A stretch of DNA of 43,553 bases. It comes from Octopus bimaculoides (Eukaryota). Shown piece by piece: positions 1 to 11,812 of this stretch. Both the position numbers and the translations under genes were made by a program. The notes under the pieces are model-generated. The model was not told where the DNA came from and ran no database searches. It saw only the letters and a program-made list of their open reading frames with translations. The stretch covers positions 71,697,818 to 71,741,370 of the forward strand of contig NC_068983.1 in NCBI RefSeq assembly GCF_001194135.2, in the 5' to 3' direction. Position 1 is the first letter of the stretch. The number at the start of each line of letters is the position of its first letter.

Positions 1-64
1 TAAAAGTAAAAATGAACGGTTGTTTTGTCAATTTCACATGAATTACTTTGTCATATTACTGCAG

Positions 65-96
65 GAAATTACTCTGAAAGAAATCTTTGCAGAAAG
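65..96 (+). CDS. Candidate 32-nt micro-exon, possibly an upstream exon of the claudin-like gene
   Basis: Bounded by ttactgcAG and aag|GTgagt. The phase 0->2 reading EITLKEIFAE+ag would join in frame to exon 9919. No recognisable motif. Confidence 0.25.
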
Positions 97-392
97 GTGA
101 GTAGATTGATTACATTATGTCATCACAGTTTTGTGAGATTTGGAGGTCACTGGATTTCATTCAATGAAAAAATAAAATTTCCAATGTTCCAGGATATGGG
201 GGATACCTGGTTTCCCCCCTTTTTTCCGAGCAAAAATAAGGGGTTTACAGCATATTAGGAGGTCAGTGTACTTGATTCCATGCAAAATATCTGAGTTTTT
301 TCTTAATGAAAATCATGCGGGTGACAGGATCAAAATTTACCAAATATTGTAGGTTCAAAGAGTATAAAATATATTTATTTTAAATGGAAGGA

Positions 393-583
393 CAGTAATC
401 CCTCAACTATCGCGGGTGTTCCAAACCCTCCTGCGATAAGTGAAAATCTGCGAAGTAGAAACTATATATTTTTATTATTATTTTTATGATTTATATATAT
501 TTATCTTATTATAAATGAAAAACAACACCACAGGAACCAACATAAGTTTAAATAATAAACTGCGATATGGCAAGAGATTACTG
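393..583. mobile_element. pogo/Tigger-like MITE
   Basis: Imperfect ~21-bp TIRs: cagtaatccctcaactatcgc versus the reverse complement cagtaatctcttgccatatcgc. TA at the right flank, GA at the left. Confidence 0.65.
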
Positions 584-803
584 TATTTCTCTTTGAGGAT
601 GTATTTCTCTTTGAGTACTTTTTGGGACCAATGTTTCATTTGGTAAATTTGGATAGGTTCATGTAGCATAATGAGACTTGAGCCCTGACGTTTCAAAAAA
701 AAGCCCTCTTTAAATGGCCCTCAAGTATTTAAAGTAGCATATAGGTTTGAGGAATGGATATGGGTAAAATCCTTTTTAGTCAGTACTACTACAAGCATTT
801 AAT

Positions 804-827
804 TCTCTCTCTCTCTCTCTCTCTCTC
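804..827. repeat. (TC)n microsatellite
   Basis: Direct reading. Confidence 0.95.
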
Positions 828-1117
828 CCAAAATGTTTTGCACATAATGTTAGTACTTTTCCCCCACAATGTAAAAGACTGATCCAATTTTACAAAATGC
901 CTTTTGCTGATGCAGACCACCATTAGTTTTCTTGGGCTCCGGATTTATTTACAGTGAGAAATGTGTTCAATGTTTTGAGACAACATTTTGTTTGTAACTA
1001 TCTTGTTGTGAACATACTGTCACCCATCAAATATAACAAGTTGTTGTGGCTAGAGTACAACACCCTCTGATGAGAATAGATGGGACCACTACATATAAAT
1101 AGTAGCAATCTGATGGA

Positions 1118-1790
1118 GTCAGCTGCTGCCAACAGCCACTAAAGGGAGGGTTAGGGATGTCATGGCTAAAGATGCACAGGCATGCACTGAGGTTGAAACA
1201 TCTCTGGCTCTACCTGGATGGTGAGCAGGTGTGGTCTCCGTTTGTTAATGAGATATTTCCCAGGTTCACTTCTTTTTGTGAACTGGAACGCTTGATCAGG
1301 CATAGACCAAGGCTGGGAGCTTAGTAAGCAGAGTGTCAACAGGCACTCATGCTTTTCTCCCGAACGTGCAATGCCAGCAGAGGGGGTACCACCTCGATGT
1401 ACTATAGCGGGCTAGTAGAGGGCAAATGTGATGACGGCCTGGGGTAGACTCTGGGTTTCAATGAAAGCTTGCCAACTTGCATCGAAAGACTTTCGGCCCG
1501 GGACCTATGGACAACTTCCAGAGGTCCCTGGCTTGGCTGTGCTTCCGAAGTGCCTTGCCAGTTCAGGATAAACTCGCGAGGCACAGTGTTACAGTTTCAC
1601 CTACATGCCCACGGTGCAGAAAGAGCAACAAAACTGTTCTGCATGCAATCGTACAGTGTCCAAGTCTCTCAGACCTGTGAGTTTCTACCGAACGGGTATT
1701 GTCACAGCTGGGGAGGGTACAGCTGTCAGTTGAGCCGATTATTAAGACCATTCCGCCATCTTCTCTAAAATATGTATAGACAGATGTAAA
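1118..1790 (+). mobile_element. Degraded Tx1/L1-clade LINE ORF2 C-terminal fragment (zf-RVT region)
   Basis: Translates to CCQQPLKGGLGMSWLKMHRHALRLKHLW, then SLAWLCFRSALPVQDKLARH..TCPRCRKSNKTVLHAIVQCP (LPT..CxxC..H..C pattern). Stops and frameshifts present. Confidence 0.8.
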
Positions 1791-2114
1791 CACCTTGCCT
1801 TTGTAAACAATATTCTTATGGACAGAAAAGGAGGAATCACCTGAGCTGGTTTCAATCTTGTTAGGATTTCATCAGCAACTGAGTACATTCTTTATCCTTG
1901 GCAATATTGTTAACACACAATTATTAACCCCTCTGAACACCTACTGCAAGAGATTCCCATCATTATTATTCAATCCCAGCAGGATTGAAAAGCCAGATTT
2001 GTAGTGATCATGTTGATGAGAAGACTTAAACAATAGCATTACTCAAAATTATGCTACGGCTTTCATATGTATGTATGAGTGAGTGTGTACATATATGATA
2101 TATATGTGTCCAAC

Positions 2115-2261
2115 CTGCTGGGTGGTTGATGTTAGGGAGGGCATCCAGCTGTAAAAACCATACTGAAAGAGACACAGAAGTCTGGTGCAGGCCCCTGCCT
2201 AGCCATTCCTGTCAAACCATCCAACTCATGCCAGTATGGAAGGCAGACATTAAATGATGAT
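2115..2261 (+). mobile_element. 5'-truncated RTE LINE 3' UTR copy
   Basis: gttagggagggcatccagctgtaaaaac...catgccagtatggaaggcagacattaaatgatgatg matches the 3' UTR attached to RTE ORF2 at 38070-38922. Confidence 0.75.
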
Positions 2262-2525
2262 GGGTGTGCGTGTGTGCGTACACACAAAATATATTCATCT
2301 ATGAATGTCTGTATGTGCATGTATGTATATATATGTACACATATATGTCTTTATATATGCATGTGTGCATATGTGTGTCTCTTTTTACATATACACACGT
2401 GTATGTATATATGAGTGTGTGTGTGTGCATATGTGTATATACATATGTACATATGATATGCAGACATAAAACAATGAATATATATCGTGTACACACACAC
2501 ATGTGCATATATGCAGATATGTGTG
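2262..2525. repeat. Compound (TG/TA/CA)n low-complexity tract
   Basis: Direct reading; source of several spurious ORFs. Confidence 0.9.
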
Positions 2526-3276
2526 AAGTAAGGAGTGTAGAAATATTCTAATTAACATTGCTATATTAGTCATTTGTCTCTAAACCCATGATTTGTTGAT
2601 GCTTTAAAAGAAACCAAGTGTTTGATTATTAAATTAAGGGGAAAGTCATAATATTGGATCAATAGTGACTTTATTAAATCTCACTTATTACAAGCACAAG
2701 AGCATACATTTGATATGGTGATTTGTATCGTTGTGAAGATCCATTACACATTCCTTTCCTCCTTAGAGAAATAGCATAGATGAATCCCTACAACTGAATT
2801 ATCCATTCCACCACAGTGTGAGTGAAGAATAGGCACAAATGGTGGTGGTTGTGGTGGTAGTAATGTGATTTTTTTTTCTTTATTGCTCTTCTTTATATCT
2901 TAATATTGCACAGATCACAAAGGGGCATTGATATTCTGTTGAAGAATTCGGATAGATTAAGACTGGGTGCTGAGTCATTTGTGATGAGTCAGTTATTCTG
3001 GATGGAATTCCGAAGGAATTTTTCATTGGAATGTAGATGTAACATGCAGATATTGCACTGGTCGTGGGAGCATCTCAAGCTAGAATATAATGGAACAAGT
3101 TGCTCTAGTAAACTATTGCTTCCTATACCCCTTTCACAATCATGAACTATGAAGCCTTACATTGTTATGTTTGTGGTTTAGTTTTGTATTTTTTTTCTTT
3201 TTTGTTTTCAGTTATATAAGAATAAAAATGTTAGTTATTAGTTTGAAGAAAGCATTACTGTTTTAAGGTTATTTTT

Positions 3277-3330
3277 TTACTTGCTTCAGTCATTTGAATT
3301 TGACTGCGGCCATGCTGGAGTACCATATGC

Positions 3331-3368
<38 letters not shown>
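3277..3368 (-). mobile_element. SINE 3' tail fragment next to a T36 homopolymer (3333-3368)
   Basis: ttacttgcttcagtc...gactgcggccatgctggag is the reverse complement of the tail of the SINE at 10041-10427. Confidence 0.65.
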
Positions 3369-3369
<1 letters not shown>

Positions 3370-3749
3370 TAACTTTATAATTGTAAATATATCAAGCCAG
3401 CCATTCCTTCAATCAGAAAATGCTGGTAGATCATTTCCATCAAAACTTGTGCCAACAAGTCTGATCTAGTTGTTTGAAACAGAAAAGTTATGTACAGTTA
3501 TTTAATGTCAGTTGCTCTGCTGACGTGAACATTTCTTTTAAAATCAGGGAGAAAGGAAATATTTACAGACAGCGTTTTTGAAACCTACTGCTTTTCTTCA
3601 GGGATTCATTTATATTCATAATCAGTGGTGCACTTGGCTATATTGATAAATGGGGTGTCCAAACAAAGAAAATAACCTGCTAACACTCAATTTGAAAATA
3701 TTATCCATAAGCAGAACAGTATGCAAAATGGTAAAAAAAATATGCAACA

Positions 3750-4115
3750 CACAAGCATGGCTGTGTGTTTAAGAAGATTGCCTTGTAACTTTGTGGTTTC
3801 AGATTGTCCCACATCATGGCACCCTGGGCAAGTATATTTTACTATAGCTCTGTGCTGACCAATGCCTTGTGAATTAATTTAGTTGACAGAAACTGTGTTG
3901 AAACCTTTCATATGTGTGTGTGTTTGTCACCCACCTCTTGACAACTAATTTTGGCTTGTTCACATCCTTGTAACTTAGCAGTTCAGCAAAAGAGAATTAT
4001 AAAATGTATACTAGGCCTAAAAAAAATAAGTGCTGGGATCAATTTGTTTGACTAAGCCCTTCAAGAGGGTGCCCCAACAAGGCTTCGGTTCCATGACTGC
4101 AACAAGTAAAAGATA
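3750..4115 (+). mobile_element. Degraded tRNA-derived SINE (same family as 10041-10427)
   Basis: Colinear head (tggctgtgtg), ctgggcaagt core, central (TG)n, and tail ending acaagtaaaaga. Confidence 0.75.
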
Positions 4116-4264
4116 TAATTTTTGTTTTTTGTTAGAAACCAGCTTTTCAAATAATTAAGAAGAAAAATGATACTCATCTGCACACAAATTGATGACTGAA
4201 GTGGTATAGATTATAATTGCATGAGACCTATTACATCTTAAATAAAAAGATAGTCTCAAAAAAA

Positions 4265-4430
4265 ATATTGGTTTCAAATTTTGGCACAAAGCCAGCAAAT
4301 TTGAGGGGGGGGGTAAGTCAATTACATCGACCTCAGAATTCATCTGGTACTTATTNNNNNNNNNNTAAAGCCAAATGAAATGCCACTAAGCATTTTGCTT
4401 AGCATGCTAATGATTCTGCGAGTTTGCCAT
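4265..4430 (-). mobile_element. SINE of a second family, interrupted by a 10-N gap (4356-4365)
   Basis: aaattttggcacaaagccagcaaatttgaggg..catcgacc..ctggtacttatt; related in reverse to the copy at 10850-11010. Confidence 0.55.
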
Positions 4431-4542
4431 CTTAGTCTCAAAGAATATATTAGTAGAAAATAAGATAAATTAGAATATTTAAAATAGAAAAAAAAAGACA
4501 AAGAAATTAAATTGGTAAGACAGAATTTGTAAAAATATTGCT

Positions 4543-4546
<4 letters not shown>

Positions 4547-4590
<44 letters not shown>

Positions 4591-4612
4591 AGAGAGAGAG
4601 AGAGAGAGAGAG
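4547..4612. repeat. (TG)n(AG)n compound microsatellite
   Basis: Direct reading. Confidence 0.95.
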
Positions 4613-4719
4613 CCAGTAGCCATGTAGTCCCCTAACAAGAACCTGCTCTGCCCTTCCACTTGGATTTCATAAGCCTGCACAAGCTGCATGGCAACCTCAT
4701 TAGTGTTGATGGCATGAGT

Positions 4720-4865
4720 AAAGCACTCAATACACACTGTAGTCGGTGGCGTTAGGAAGGACACATCCAGCTGTAGAAATCATACCAAAGCAGACACTGG
4801 AGCATGATGCAATACTTTGAACCCATCAGATCCTCTCAAACCATCCAACTCATGCCAACATGGAA
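4720..4865 (+). mobile_element. Old RTE 3' UTR copy
   Basis: ggcgttaggaaggacacatccagctgtagaaat...catccaactcatgccaacatgga. Confidence 0.65.
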
Positions 4866-5470
4866 ATTGAAATTAAAGAAGTAGGACAGTATAGGACAAA
4901 GCTGAAGCCAGGAGCACACCAGATTTGATAGTATAAGGGAAACAATACACTCTGCAATTGTGAGATCTTTTAAAAAGTAATTGATCAAAGAGAGATAGAT
5001 TGAAGCCCATATGCAAGCAATTTTGAGAGGAGATTCAAAAAGCATGGTCATGAGTTTTACTGATATTGAGAGCAACAACACTGCTTTCCCCAAATTTCTC
5101 CACAGTGGATTTGGCTTTATGGAAACTACTGGTGGTCATTAAAGAGAGAGGGATTCAAGGTTTTGGAAGAAATCATTGTTAATGGCTGTTTCCATTACCT
5201 TAGAAATGGTGGAAATAACAGCAATAGAGCAATTGTTGACAAGGTCAGAGATTGCCTTACTTAGGAATGGGACACTGTAACATGTTTCCAAAAGCAGTTA
5301 ATTCTTGCAGAAGGGTAAGAACTGAAAGAGCTTGATGTAAGGGCTATCACTGGAGTACAATGCTTGAGGGTAAGGAAAGAGGCATTGTCTGTGCCCATGG
5401 CTATGTTGATTTGAATCCTGAGAGATTGCAGAACTTCTATCGAATGCTGGAGATAGGAGTTGAATGACAG
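4865..5470 (-). mobile_element. Degraded CR1/L2-group LINE reverse transcriptase fragment
   Basis: Minus-strand frames give LKHCTPVIA..WKHVTV, IAVISTISKVMETAIN, DHQ, GE..VVALNISK..H and SGV, the order of RT motifs preceding GVPQG. Many disruptions. Confidence 0.7.
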
Positions 5471-7104
5471 CAATAAAAACAATTGATGGTAAGAGAAAAT
5501 TTTGAGTATAAGGCAGTGTAAAGAAATTGCCTCCTATTACCAAAGGGTTTTTAAGGGCCAATAAGTATTTCACTCCATTCTTATGGCATTGAATAGATGA
5601 GAACTTTTTCCTGTATAGAACATTAGTATATCTCAGATAATGTATTCTTGATATGGCCAAGTGGTTAAGAAGTTCACTTCACATGTATGCAAAGCCAGGT
5701 TCAATCCCACTGTACAGTATCTTTTGTTATTGTAGATTTGGATTGATCCAAACCTTGTGAGTGAAACTGGCTAGAAGGGAATTGTAAAAGTCTTTGGGGA
5801 TGGGTTATACCTGTTCAAAGAGCCAGCTTTGTCACTTACTGTGTCATTACTGATCCTGCTTGTGAATTATGTTGAGGGTACAAGTGCATGTGGAAAATTA
5901 AGTTACGCTATAATTAGCAGGTATTTCAGGTGATTGAATAACAAGAATTTTTATAGATAAAACTGGTATGATTAATTTACTTTACTTTTTATACATGACA
6001 AACAGGTGAACTGGGGCAATGTAGAATAAAATATTTTGCTCAGAAACGCAGCAAAATGTTGGGATGTGAACTTAAACTGATAAACATGTGGTCACTTAGC
6101 CAATCGACAATATTCCAATTGCCACCAACCTTTATGGCTTTCTCTGCATGCTCTTCATACTTTCAGCTTAGATACTGGCCAAGGAATTTGCTTTTCATCT
6201 CTTATGAGTCAATGAAATACAGGTTTTGGATCTATTTAACTATACTTCTTTTTCATAGAATATGCTATCTTTTACCATAATTACTTGTGTGACTCTACGA
6301 AAATTCTCTGTTTCTTAAATTTTATTTTTAATTTGATGCATAAATTTATCTTCATAACATTGTTTAATTATGTTAAAAACATGGATGGTAATGAGCTAGA
6401 CAATGACTTAAAGTTATTAAAAAATTGGGATTTAAACAGAAGCAATATGTACCTAATTTTTTATATTTCCTACTCCTTGACAGCTGCCATCTTCCCCCAT
6501 TAACACTTGTTAATTCTTCCCCTTCCCTTGTTGCCTGTCTGTCCAAATCAGATAAGAATAACTATTGTGATAAACACAGCTTATTTCCCTTCAGCAAGCA
6601 TAACATTCAAACAAGCTCAAAAATTAAAAAAGAAAAAAAAAAAGAAAAACAATGGTGGCAAGCAGCTGATTCCTCTCAAATTTATGAGAACCCTTTATTA
6701 ATTATGTGGATGCTGTTGTTTAACTTCAGGTTTGCCCGGTCGTTCACTAGCCTTGCTAAAAGGACATGAGCGGGAAGCACCTTTGATGTTTGTTTTTAGG
6801 AAAAGGAGGAGGCAAAGACAAGGGCTGCCCAGGCAGCATAAACTCGCTCTGTACCAGTGGCCCTGATTAAGCCAACTTTTGTTCAAAGCTGTTCCAACTA
6901 CCTCCTTCCCATATTTTTTCAAAGGCATAAGTGTACTCTAATGTTGTTGATTTTCAAACTGACAAATACCAGGCTCCACCATAGTATTAGGAAATTTTTT
7001 ACCCCCCTCCGCTTCATTATTAACAAAAGGACAAAATAGTGTATTCATATAATTTTTTCTTTTCTTGTGTTGAGCAAGTTTTAAAATATTCAAAACCATC
7101 TTAA

Positions 7105-7381
7105 CCCATTACCTACCAGTGATCTCATATGAGATCACTTAAAAATTACAAATTTCATAATTATCTGTCAATATTTACACATATCTAACCTTTTTGCTAT
7201 ATCTACTAGGTATATTTCTCTGACATTCAAATGAGGTTTACTAATTTTTCACCCAATATCTCGCTTATTTCTATTTAAAATGTTATTTTGATCATTCCAG
7301 CGTGTTTCTAAGGCTGTTTTATGCTAGAAATCAAAGTTTCATAAAAAAATTCCAGTTAATAGAATTATGGGAGGTGATGGG
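7105..7381. mobile_element. piggyBac-type MITE A
   Basis: TTAA on both sides (7101-7104, 7382-7385). TIR cccattacctacca versus reverse complement cccatcacctccca. Internal perfect 20-bp palindrome at 7119-7138. Confidence 0.75.
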
Positions 7382-7425
7382 TTAATTTAATATGTTGTAT
7401 CTTGAGTTTTTTTTTCATTAATTAA

Positions 7426-7604
7426 CCCTTTAGCATTCAGATCATTTTGTCAAATGTATTGCTTATTTATTTACATGGTTTTGAATTAATCATACATTAT
7501 CTGATAGTATATTTTTAGAATGACGTTGTAGAATAGGTTGAGAGTCCAGATTTGGCTGATTTGAACAAAACAGATAGAATATGGCCAGTTTAAATGCTAA
7601 AAGG
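7426..7604. mobile_element. piggyBac-type MITE B
   Basis: TTAA on both sides (7422-7425, 7605-7608). TIR ccctttagcatt versus reverse complement ccttttagcatt. Confidence 0.75.
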
Positions 7605-9254
7605 TTAAACATAGAAATTTGTCTGCCCCCTTTTCAGTCTATATGGGCCCCACTATCATGAGCAACGCTGCTCTAATGTGTTTTATTTCAAGACAGTAGT
7701 GTGTGGTTTCTAGCAAGTCAAACCACCACAACAAAGAAGCTGCTACTTCATTGTGGTAGTTGAGATTATTGGCACAACCTGTTACTTGAAAGAAGTAATT
7801 CCTGCATAGTTACTGAACCTGATAGAAATAGCAAACTAAATCTCATTGAAATTATACCTCAGCTACCTCAGAAAGAAAGGACATTGGATAATGTCCTGCA
7901 TATGAAATACCCAACAGATGATAGAATGCTCATTGTTGGAACACATTTGATCCTAGGTCTGCTTAGTTACTTGAGCTGGGATTGAACTTGTGTCTCCTAC
8001 CCACCACAAGGCAATTCTCCTCTCCCTCTCCAGTCAATAGGCAAAACCCAGTTAAAAGGAGGACTGGGGACAGTGCTAGTAATAAAAATCATTGATCAGT
8101 TATTGTGTCAAATTTACATTTATAAAAACCCAACTATGAATCGTGGCATGATTTAAACCTTTCAGTTTAATTTGAACCTCATTTAGAACTTCTCTACAGC
8201 TTGAATTTTGAATTTACTAATTTATCTCTACTTTTATTTTTCAGCTCCAAATATTCTAGTTATGATTTTCTTTTCTTTTTTTTTTTTATTAATTAAAACA
8301 GATAAAAAGTGTATGACTGATTTTAATTATTATTATTCTTATATGATGTAACATTCATAGTGTCAATCAAAAATTGATGAAGTTATTGTATAGAAAGAGA
8401 TGTAAAACAAGAAAATCATGTTGTCTAATTGAGCTTTATTTTAATACTATTCTTTATTGTGTAATCCATTTTTCATTCTTACTCATTCTTTGAGCATTTA
8501 GATTTATTTATTATTATTGTCGTTGTTATTTTGTAAACTTTTGTTCCTTTCAACACTTAGATGATTCTAGTGTTCTTTGATAGAGTAGTGCTTAAAGCTA
8601 ACAGTGATTTATCAAGACAGGAATTTGAGTAATGGGGATGACATATCTTTCCGTAATCTGGTGACAAGATCTTGACTGGATTTTGTAATATTTTTTTTTA
8701 AATTTTGTAAAGAAATAGACCTCACACACACACGCACTCCCATCTCCTCCAATTCACCTTCTACTTCATCCTTTCTGCTTCCACAATGGTGAAATTGCTG
8801 TTGTAATACATGTCAGTCACAGAAGTTGTCTTATGTAAAATTTTTATTGTTTGAACCTTTTAGTGGGATGGGGGAGGGGAAGTTTTATTTGAAATTTATT
8901 GTTATTTTTCATTCTCTTCTGCCTGTTATCAACAGTAATCTTGTTCACTCGCTTCTCACTGCTTTACTTTATATTTATGTCCTCATCTCCTGCCCTTATC
9001 CCTTACTTCCTCTTCTCTCCATCTCTCTTTGGTTTTTCCATCAATTTCTTTCTGTCTTCACACCCAGCTTTATTCACTCACTCTCTCATTCTCACTCTCT
9101 AGATCTTTCTATCTTCCTCTCTCACCATTTTCTAAATCTTTCTAGCTCTTTGTTTTTTTCTCTTTCTTCAGTTACTTCCATATCCCTTTTTTTTAACATT
9201 TCCTTTTCATTTTCTCTACCCCTCTCTCTCTCCCACAATATATCCTGTGCAATA

Positions 9255-9620
9255 TCTTACTACAAAGGCAGCTGCTCTGTAGAACACCTTTGTCTTCTGT
9301 GTCTCTTCACAACTAACAAACCCCTATCCCTCCAACTCAGTACAAACACTCACAAAATTAGCAGCAGCAGCATTAATTGCCTCATTAGTTCCAAACATTG
9401 TAATGAGATGTACACCACTAAAGATAATTACAGAGGAACAGCAACTGCCACACTTCAACTGAGTCTACCTTGACCATCTCTACTGTGGCCATCACCAAGA
9501 CTGACTAATAAAACAATTTAATAAGGGAAACTATCAACTTTATAGAAAGGACAGCCAAATCTCCCCCAAAGAGTGTCTTCAAAAATGAAAAAAGAAAGGC
9601 ACACGTTACATAATGCAGTC
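9255..9620 (+). mobile_element. Possible Penelope-like element remnant (Cys-rich linker plus GIY-YIG start)
   Basis: KGSCSVEHLCLLC...HKISSSSINCLISSKHCNEMY resembles C..C..C...SSNVIYLIxCxxC..Y; an HFN codon run follows. Very decayed. Confidence 0.3.
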
Positions 9621-9918
9621 TTACATGAACTGTCTGAAGAAAAAATGTGATGGTCACTTCTGGAATGTCTTTGATCATAGGTTTGCTCAGTCACTGGTGA
9701 TTGAGGCTAAACACTAGGTACATGAGTTTGAAAAAAAAGTGTTTAGTGAGATGAAGACAGACAGATGGTATCAGGTACAATTTTAATTGATGGTAGTACA
9801 CAACTTGATTGTTCAGAGAAGCAGGCATCAATGTAGTAGCAGAAGATAATACAGAGACAAAGTTTAGTGATTAGTGGATTGGTATGTTGTAACCTGTCAG
9901 TGACTGAATATATTTCAG

Positions 9919-9968
9919 TAGAGAATATGATACTGGAATATACTCAGTATCATTACCATTGCAGCTGT
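9919..9968 (+). CDS. Candidate 50-nt exon of the claudin-like gene
   Basis: tttcAG|t...ctgt|GTaagc. Reads REYDTGIYSVSLPLQL and ends in phase 1, giving S-FFLGTQVL with exon 11660. Weak pyrimidine tract. Confidence 0.45.
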
Positions 9969-10040
9969 GTAAGCAGAAAGAACTCTGTGAATTCCATCCG
10001 AGCATTTTTCATACAGAATCAACATCATAGAATCAGCATG

Positions 10041-10427
10041 GGCGTAGGAGTGGCTGTGTGGTAAGTAGCTTGCTTACAAACCACATGGTTCCGGGTTCAG
10101 TCCCACTGCGTGGCATTTTGGGCAAGTGTCTTCTACTATAGCCTCGGGCCGACCAAAGCCTTGTGATTGGATTTGGTAGACGGAAACTGAAAGAAGCCCG
10201 TCGTATATATGTATATATGTATATATATATATATATGTATGTGTTTATGTGTCTGTGTTTGTCCCCCCAACATCGCTTGACAACCGATACTGGTGTGTTT
10301 ATGTCACCGTAACTTAGCGATTCGGCAAAAAAGAGACCGATAGAATAAGTACTAGGGTCGATTTGCTCAACTAAAGGCGGTGCTCCAGCATGGCCACAGT
10401 CAAAAGACTGAAACAAGTAAAAGAGTA
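10041..10427 (+). mobile_element. Near full-length tRNA-derived SINE (octopus OK/OR-type)
   Basis: A-box tggctgtgtgg, B-box ggttcagtccc, ttgggcaagt core, central (TA/TG)n, tail aaacaagtaaaagagta. Related copies elsewhere in the window. The subfamily name is from recollection. Confidence 0.85.
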
Positions 10428-10849
10428 TCTGATCAGAGATGAAGTATTTTCTGAGCCTGAAGAAGAAGTATAGTGTTAAAGATAAGGTTGTGACATCTCA
10501 CAATTTTGAAGGTCTGGGCTGTGTTATGTATGGGATGGGTGTAGGGTAAAACTGTTTCCTTGATATGTGCTGTAATTTTGTCCCGGTGTCAAAGGTGACT
10601 ATTTGCCATATCCCCTAGTTCTTTATTTTATGAATGAAAAGTAAAGATGACTCCAGTTGTCAGCACACAAGACTTCAAACTAGACATATCGAAGTATCAA
10701 GTATGATACCCTACTGCATTAAGGACTCTTTCCGTGAATATATTCAATTTTGATATGAATTAATAGAATTTTGCATACATCTTTAAAATGATTATTTTCA
10801 TCAAAATTTGATCTGCTTTGACAAGTTCAATATGTTATTAAATGTTTAC

Positions 10850-11010
10850 AGGTGGTAGATTGGCAGTGCCATCAAAGCATCAGACAATATGTCTCTAGTT
10901 ATGGCCTTTTATTGTTTACAGCCTAAGTTCAGGTCATGCTGAGGTTAACTCTTCCTTCATTCTTCTGGGGTCTATAAAGTACCAGTGAGGTACTGGGGTC
11001 AATTTAATTT
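10850..11010 (+). mobile_element. Degraded SINE, second family
   Basis: ggtggtagattggcag head; gctgaggttaactcttccttcattcttctggggtc..aagtaccagt..actggggtc. Confidence 0.5.
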
Positions 11011-11224
11011 TTTTTCTAAAGTATCCATGATGTGAATGGCACTGTTATAGAATACTATGACTTTTTTTGAGTGACAAAATCAATAGACTTCCTGATAAAA
11101 TGCCTTGTGGTATTTAGTTATGCTACTACCTTACAATCAGTGTTCAGATCTTTCTACCACCACCTACATAAAAGGATAAAATAAATTTCAGGTTACCATA
11201 CTCGATGACTGTCAAGCATGTTCA

Positions 11225-11610
11225 TTGCCAGAGCAGCTGTCTGGCTTCCGTGCTAGTCGAGCGTAATCGTTACCAGCGTTGCCTTCTAGCACTTGTACTG
11301 GTGGCACATTAGAAAATCATTCAAGCGAGGTCGTTGCCAGTGCCGCTGGACTGGCTCCCGTGCAGGTGGCACGTAAAAAACATCTTTTTGAGCGTGGCCG
11401 TTGCCAGTACCGTGTGATTGGCCCTCGTGTCGGTGGCACGTAAAAGCACCCACTACACTCTCGGAGTGGTTGGCATTAGGAAGGGTATCCAGCTGTAGAA
11501 ACTCTGCCAAATCAGATTGGAGCCTGGTGCAGCCACCTGGTCCACCAATCTTCAGTCAAATCGTCCAACCCATGCTAGCATGGAAAGCAGACATTAAATG
11601 ATGATGATGA
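11225..11610 (+). mobile_element. RTE 3' UTR copy with three hairpin modules plus one partial
   Basis: Three ggtggcac(g/a)t+A-rich modules, a ggaagggtatccagctgtag block, the palindrome ccatgctagcatgg and a (GAT)n tail. Confidence 0.85.
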
Positions 11611-11659
11611 TTATGTTAGCATTACCTGAATATTCCTTTTTGTTTTCTCTTTGTTGTAG

Positions 11660-11812
11660 CTTTCTTCCTTGGCACCCAGGTGCTCTCTGCCTTCTCTGTA
11701 GCTCTCCTCATCCTGGTTTTGATCATGGCAGTAATACGAATGTGTGGTTGCTGTCAGACTGGTTATAAGGTCCATGTTGCAGTGATTTCAGCTGTTCTGA
11801 CACTAATAGCAA
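11660..11812 (+). CDS. Claudin/PMP22-superfamily membrane protein, internal exon (two hydrophobic segments)
   Basis: ttgttgtAG|ct...gcaa|GTaagt. Reads FFLGTQVLSAFSVALLILVLIMAVIRMCGCCQTGYKVHVAVISAVLTLIA, phase 1 at both ends, and joins in frame to 15318. Confidence 0.8.

Noticed and set aside
307-323. 17-bp match (tgaaaatcatgcgggtg) to the arm of foldback element 1 at 41709-41725
   Set aside because: The match does not extend on either side; chance or an unresolvable remnant.
2264-2573. Overlapping C/V/Y/M/H/T-rich ORFs (also 26992-27254)
   Set aside because: Translations of dinucleotide microsatellites.
2906-3145. Possible upstream claudin exon after ttgcacAG
   Set aside because: No claudin motif or hydrophobic segment in any frame and no suitable donor.
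3333-3368. T36 as the poly(A) tail of a retrocopied gene
   Set aside because: No canonical poly(A) signal, ORF or TSD in the adjacent sequence.
8826-9473. 215-aa hydrophobic ORF
   Set aside because: Mostly translation of a CT-rich low-complexity tract; only the final ~70 codons hint at a decayed Penelope-like fragment.
10041-10110. tRNA gene
   Set aside because: A/B boxes are present but there is no cloverleaf, and it continues into the SINE body.
11225-11460. CRISPR-like repeat-spacer array
   Set aside because: Eukaryotic context, degenerate units with no unique spacers, no cas genes; explained as RTE 3' UTR modules.
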